Source: Laetmonice hystrix (lineage: Eukaryota). From it: a stretch of DNA of 64,000 nucleotides. The position numbers and the translations under genes were made by a program. The notes beneath the pieces were generated by a model, which saw only the letters and a list, made by a program, of their open reading frames with translations, was not told the DNA's origin and did no database searches. This document shows positions 58,448-64,000 of this stretch, piece by piece (within the stretch, counting starts at the first letter, position 1; the number at the start of each line of letters is the position of its first letter). The stretch lies in the NCBI GenBank assembly GCA_965235115.1, contig OZ249441.1, positions 13,578,001-13,642,000 on the forward strand, given 5' to 3'.

Positions 58448-60842
58448 GACGATTAGAAAATAAGTACAATATAACGACCGTATCATACATCAACATCATG
58501 CCTGGGGACGACGCTACATTTCAAAACGATATAAACTTCTACCCTATGTCTGTGGCATTTCCCCTCGTAGATACGTTAAAACCTCCAAAATGTCTGGAAA
58601 ATAATGGACAAAGGAAGCATAAATATTAGCTGGATATTATCTAAAAATTCATTTAGACTCCCATATAAGTCGTCCTCTCACTAATCGGGAATCACGGGAC
58701 TGACAAGACGAGACCTGACATCTAGTGGAAGATACCAGAACCATGTCAAGATGACAACATCCCAAACATTGTTTATATTACTATCCCAATGTTTTGTTTA
58801 TTAATTTTTCAAAACAATAACCTCCTGTAGATCGTAAGGTTATTGTCTGTGTATACTTACACAGAAGGAGGAATACGTGAGAGCCATTGAGATTGCTGAC
58901 TGTTTCCGTAATCAGGTTGGCAGTGTTCCTACTGCTCATTCCGCCAGGTGTCACTGTGGTATGCAGCGTTCGCCTGTCAGTGGCCTGAATGATTCTGACC
59001 GACATGGATCGGGAGGGGGGGGGGGCGCCGACACGCGCCCACCTCAGTAACTGTGATACTGTCATTGGAGAGACCGACATTCAACACTATCTACAGAACC
59101 TGGGCACACACTCAAACTTGGCTTCTACGTACATTTTTATGATTCGGCTGCCCGTTGATGCACTTCAGTATAGCTTCAGTATTATATTTCACTTCAGTAA
59201 ACCCGATCTCAAAGATCACCATAAGTCACATTTCTACATGGTAATCATTACAATCATTTTTTTTCCACTGTTGTAATATCAATTTCCTATACACAATTAC
59301 TTATATGAAAGAGTAAAAAGGCGAAGGTTATTAGCCCGTTGCACAAAGGCCTAGACGACACTTAGACAGAGAACTCAAGCTGCTACAACTGACGGTATCT
59401 CTCTGCTATCTGCCACAACTGTGCTATGTGGATTGTATATACGACACCGTGCACCCTCATCCACAAAGAAAAACTGTCTATCGGCAGATCATAACGTTCC
59501 TTGGCAGGCTGCCAACTATTTATCTGGTTAATTAAAGCTCACTTGGGATCCCCTGTGCTTTGTTAACGCCATACGTCAGCTGTGACAGATAAGTGGTTTG
59601 GTTATCTTGACAACAACTGGCGACTGTTGGCTATGTCGTAGGGCATGGCTGTGTATGTATCAGAGTGGCACCATAGGGCCTGTATCGCACGGTATAAGTA
59701 CACTCTCGGCGACCCAGCCCTTCAGGCTCCCTATTACTGCCAGATTACATCCTTCTATGGATGCCAGATTTTCCTGTTCACAAATTAATAATAAAACCAA
59801 CGGAGGAAAATTACAAACAGAAATACAAGGAGGGTTAAGGCGCGGCAATACACCATGATTCTCACCTCGACGATTTCCTTCTGATCCCAGTAGATGTGAA
59901 TAAATGGACTGTGCACACTTTAGTAAACATGTGGTGTTGAAGTGCCAATATTTAGCCTTTAAAAATAAAACTTTCCAGGACTTTGGTTGTGTATATCTCT
60001 AAATGTTCGTGCCACTCTCAAAGTAGCACTCAAGGGGAAAAAGACTGGTGGATTGCTACCAATAACAACGGGGAAAAACTGACAGTATAATGTGCCAGTG
60101 TTCTTATCTCCTTCCAACGTCCAATGATAAACTTCGAGGTTATGCTGAGACGTACGAAAAAAGGCGTTTTGTGAACAACATTTTAAAAGCCTGTTCCGAT
60201 ATACATGTATATTTGAACACTCGAGACCGTGTCACCTCGTTCCATAAACAATGTACCATATATTATCAAGCAGGGATAGTGAATGCCAATTCGGACCTAC
60301 CATGACCCTTCTCTCCTGGAAAAAGACTGAACTGTCAAGGGGGGGGGGGAGTTGAATGGGTTGTGTCTGGGTCGGCGCCCCCCCCCCTCCCCGACCAGCC
60401 CGGGACAGTGCCACATGGCTCCGGCATGGCTCCACATCAAACTTATTATCTGACAATGCCTCCAAGAAACCAGTCCAAGACGGCTGAAATTCTCAAGTGT
60501 TCCGATTAAAGCTAACTCTCAGGGTACCGACGGTTCTGAATTCCTGACCCGTACCCACAGGGAGTCTTGTCACTAAAATAAACCTGTCATATCATTTATC
60601 AGAAGTGCCGTTCAAATAAGACGATTCCCAGTTGGGCGTTTCACCTGCGTTCTTTACCAGTCAGCAGAAACATGTTCCTGACCACAGGGCCCACTCTCCC
60701 ACATGAAAGATGGAGGAAACTCCTTGGTAAAATGGTCTCACGATGCACGGTACAAATAACATCTTGCCCTCACCCAGTTCTCTAGAACTTCGCACTGCAG
60801 ACAAAGCTCCAAAATTACCACCAATTACAATATAACAAGTCT

Positions 60843-61064
60843 ACATAGTGAGATATTAGAACACTCCATGAACTTAATCAAACAAAGAAAAGCGTTTGGT
60901 AGACATGTACTACCACATAGTGAGACATTAGTACACTCCATGAACTCAATCAAAGAAAATCGTTTGTTAGACATGTACATGTACTACCACATAGTGAGAT
61001 CTTCGTACACTCCATGAACTCAAACAAATAAAAGCGTTTGGTAGACATGTATGTACTACCACAT
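60843..61064. repeat. ~73-bp degenerate tandem repeat, 3 copies
   Basis: ACATAGTGAGA...ACACTCCATGAACT...AAAGCGTTTGGTAGACATGTACTACC repeated 3 times with indels. Confidence 0.9.
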
Positions 61065-64000
61065 GGCTATCCATTTTTTCGCGATAAGACAAAAACTATA
61101 AGTAACTTTCCATTTCTTTCATCAGATTCTCATCTCAAACACCCTTCAAAGAGACCACGTCAAACAAAACTGTCCAATAAATATTTATGATCTCTTTATG
61201 GACGCTTGGGGTTATAGAAAAGTGCCTAAAGGCAGCACAACGAGGAAAAGTGGTGGGTAAATTATACCACAGGGCAATGACTTACCACAAATATAGCATG
61301 AACTCAGAAAACTCTTGAAGGAGAGCTCCCAGCGCTTGGTGAGCTCCGGTGATTTCAAGATTATCCCACCATCCTTTCTCAGGACAAACTATAGACCGTC
61401 GCCACCTCTCAACCCCTTCATGTAGTATACCCCTGATAATATAAACCAGCTCTACCGGCACTCGGTACACTCCACCCACACTTTCTGTAGACCATTATTT
61501 CTGTCATGTCGTACCATATACAATCCGATCCCATATATTCTCATGAGTTACACAAATATAATTCTGGCTGGTTAAAAAAAGTGGAAAATACAGGCATATC
61601 TAATGTATTCATTTCCTGTTTGTATTTGCACTTGCCTGTGAAACAGAAAACGATAAATCTTATCTTGTAATGTAATATCTTACGATACATAATTCAGGAA
61701 AAAGGGGCATTTCAAACTTTAGTGCATCATGTCCTGGTAACTTTCTTGTACTAGAGTATACAGGAGAAAATCCTTTTGTAGCTTCAGAAAACTATACGCT
61801 CCTTAGCCTGAGTAATTTAGATGCCAAGAAAGTTGTCCAACGAAACTATTAGACAAATTGAATGGTTTTTTTTTTGCGGGGGAGCGGGGGAGAGCAATCC
61901 CCCCCCGAAAGTCAGGCCACGCCACAAGTCGTTACTGGTTGCTCACTCGTTAATCATCCTAATTATTTACATGGCCGATTGGGTATCGTTGGTTGGACAT
62001 CACTATCTATTTGACGAGTCCTTCCGACGTGGTTGTAAGGACCATTTACTGCCTGCCACTGACGGACAGAAGGTTGTCCGCGTGTTGTACGAGTTGTAGC
62101 AGTCGTAGTAAAGTTGTAAAAGTCGCTGTGTCAACTGCCTCAAGGCACACCAGTTTTTGTTACGGTTGACTTCTCCTACAACTCTATATATATGCGCACA
62201 TAATTTGCACTATATTGCCCTTTCGACCCCTATCCCCTACACAACTGGGCACTGCGATCAGAACGGACGTTCTGGGTACCGGGACAATCGTCCTCCGAGA
62301 ATAGATCCGCCTCTGTTGATCCTTTAATGGGTACATTGTGTCCGAGCGTCTGGGCCAATCTTAGCCATCGTTACAAAACTTGACGGCATACATGGCAGAC
62401 TGTGACAGTAACTGGAGAGTCGTTATACTGCATGCTTTCCTGAGGCAGAACTTCAGTTGCTAATAACACTGAATAACACAACAGAAATCACGACATCGGC
62501 ATGCACAAATCAAAATAATGCTGGCTCTTGCAATTCGTAATATTGTACGAGCGTGCACGCCAACATCAAGTAAATGTAAAGACAGGGATGAACGTGGCCT
62601 GGCATACCTTTGAGTTATATGGTAACTAATTCCAACAATAAAAACATTTAGCTTTCATGTTCACGAATATGTCGGTTATTTTTTTACAGTCGGGTTTTTT
62701 CTGCCCAGTAAAAAAATGAAAGCTTACCAGTTCTGTTTTAGAGTTGTTCAAGTGAACAGAAACGAACGAAGGCGAAATAAAGCATAATATTTACTTTTTA
62801 TATGTTTTGACTTTTAAACTCTAGATCTATTAGCTGGAATAGAATCTCCTCATCCCAAACTAACAGCTATATACATGTAATACACGGTTGTGTGAGTCTC
62901 CATGTGAGTCGGAATGGGATCCTTGTAGCTGTCCCTGCATACGTTAGGATACGAGTCTCTCCCATATCCCAGGGAAGAATCGCCACGACCCCTTGCATAA
63001 TTCATCAGGCTTCCAATAAAATAAGCCAATGTTCCTGGCACTGACTGGGCACGTATCCCCGCTTTCCATAGAAACCAAATGTAAATGGGAGCTATTGGGC
63101 AGTTAATCAGCCGGTTACTTCTGAGGAAAAACTGTTATTGCCCACTGAATTTGTTTGAACCCACAATTTGAATAAATCTTGACACCTTCTTTAGCCAGGT
63201 AGGGGCGAGTGTGGCCTCAGAGATTCAAGGGTGGGATGGAGACAAACAGAGGAGCGCTATCTCGCTCACCAGTAATCAGCTGTTCTGAACATTCATCATT
63301 GTACTGACCAATAAAAAAATCTTTAACTGAACGGTTAAGAATTTAATTAAAGCAAAATCAGTTATCTCTCAAATTCCGTACTTCAATACTCGTACTTGGA
63401 ATAAAGATGATTTAAAGATATCATGGGATATGTCAAGGCAAAGTGAACTCGGTTCATTTTACCAATTGCAACTGTTGAGAAGATAAGTAATGCGAGCCAG
63501 GCTGACAGCAAGGATAAATCACCGAGTTAAAACAACACACTGGATATGCAGACCTGACCTTCACGTCTTTTTTCATCTTCCCGCCTCAAGACTTCCAGAT
63601 CAGGCGAGCCGAGTAAAATAAGAAGACCGGTGGCTGGAAGTTAAACTGAGCCATGTGTCGGGTAACAATGAGCTCTGTAATCACACAATGAAACACTGCC
63701 GTTACCATGGAACCACTACCATTGCCACATGCTCACCCTGTCAGACTACTCTCCGAGTCGTACTGTCGGAACCGGACGGCCTGTGTCTGAGCCTCCCTCT
63801 CTCCGAGTAGAATAAATCACACTCTATCCGCTCAGACATCAAACCTCTCTAATTGACCCACTCCTGCTATCTGAGGTACTACTCGTTGCTGAGCTATTTC
63901 TTTTTCGTTATTATCCATGATCGTTTTTTCTTGTACTTTCTGTTTGCTGTATGATGTCATATTTGGTGCCTCAGTGAGAGTGGTTATTTCATCAGTGTTT

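Noticed and set aside
3215-58915. Several plus-strand exon-like segments (e.g. 16295-16333, ~49630-49710, ~52900-52967, ~58865-58915) and minus-strand ones (1437-1474, 34636-34672, ~53140-53330, ~53570-53600)
   Set aside because: Plausible splice signals and open frames, but they do not chain consistently and no protein family is recognisable; indistinguishable from chance without RNA-seq.
53882-63713. RFX X-box-like motifs at 53882 and 63701
   Set aside because: Both deviate from the consensus and no transcription start site can be located.
4770-63995. CTGATGA cores checked for hammerhead ribozymes (retrozyme or Penelope type), including within the LTRs
   Set aside because: None checked is followed by a stem II plus GAAA.

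Overview
Animal (metazoan) genomic DNA. It is possibly molluscan or another lophotrochozoan, inferred only from a SINE 3'-tail that resembles molluscan SINEs. The window is almost entirely non-coding, like a large intron or intergenic region, and I could not assemble a recognisable host protein-coding gene. No rRNA, intact tRNA, CRISPR array or prokaryotic operon is present. The best-supported feature is a complete, apparently very young 2,836-bp LTR retroelement on the minus strand (22792-25627). It has two 734-bp LTRs that look identical by eye, unusual TATCGTAC...GTACGATA termini, a 4-bp GATC target-site duplication, a tRNA-Ala-type primer-binding site and a polypurine tract. Its single intact 374-aa ORF has no recognisable Gag, RT or integrase motif but carries six Q-anchored TQT-like (LC8/DYNLL-type) motifs at about 12-aa spacing. 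Also present: two MITEs, a tRNA-derived SINE and a second SINE tail, about a dozen tandem arrays (six share the hexamer ACAGAC), a textbook minus-strand AG|GTAAGT recursive-splice-like site with a 44-nt exon, a pre-miRNA-like hairpin, and an unusual excess of long poly-G/poly-C runs. Most ORFs in the supplied track are spurious.
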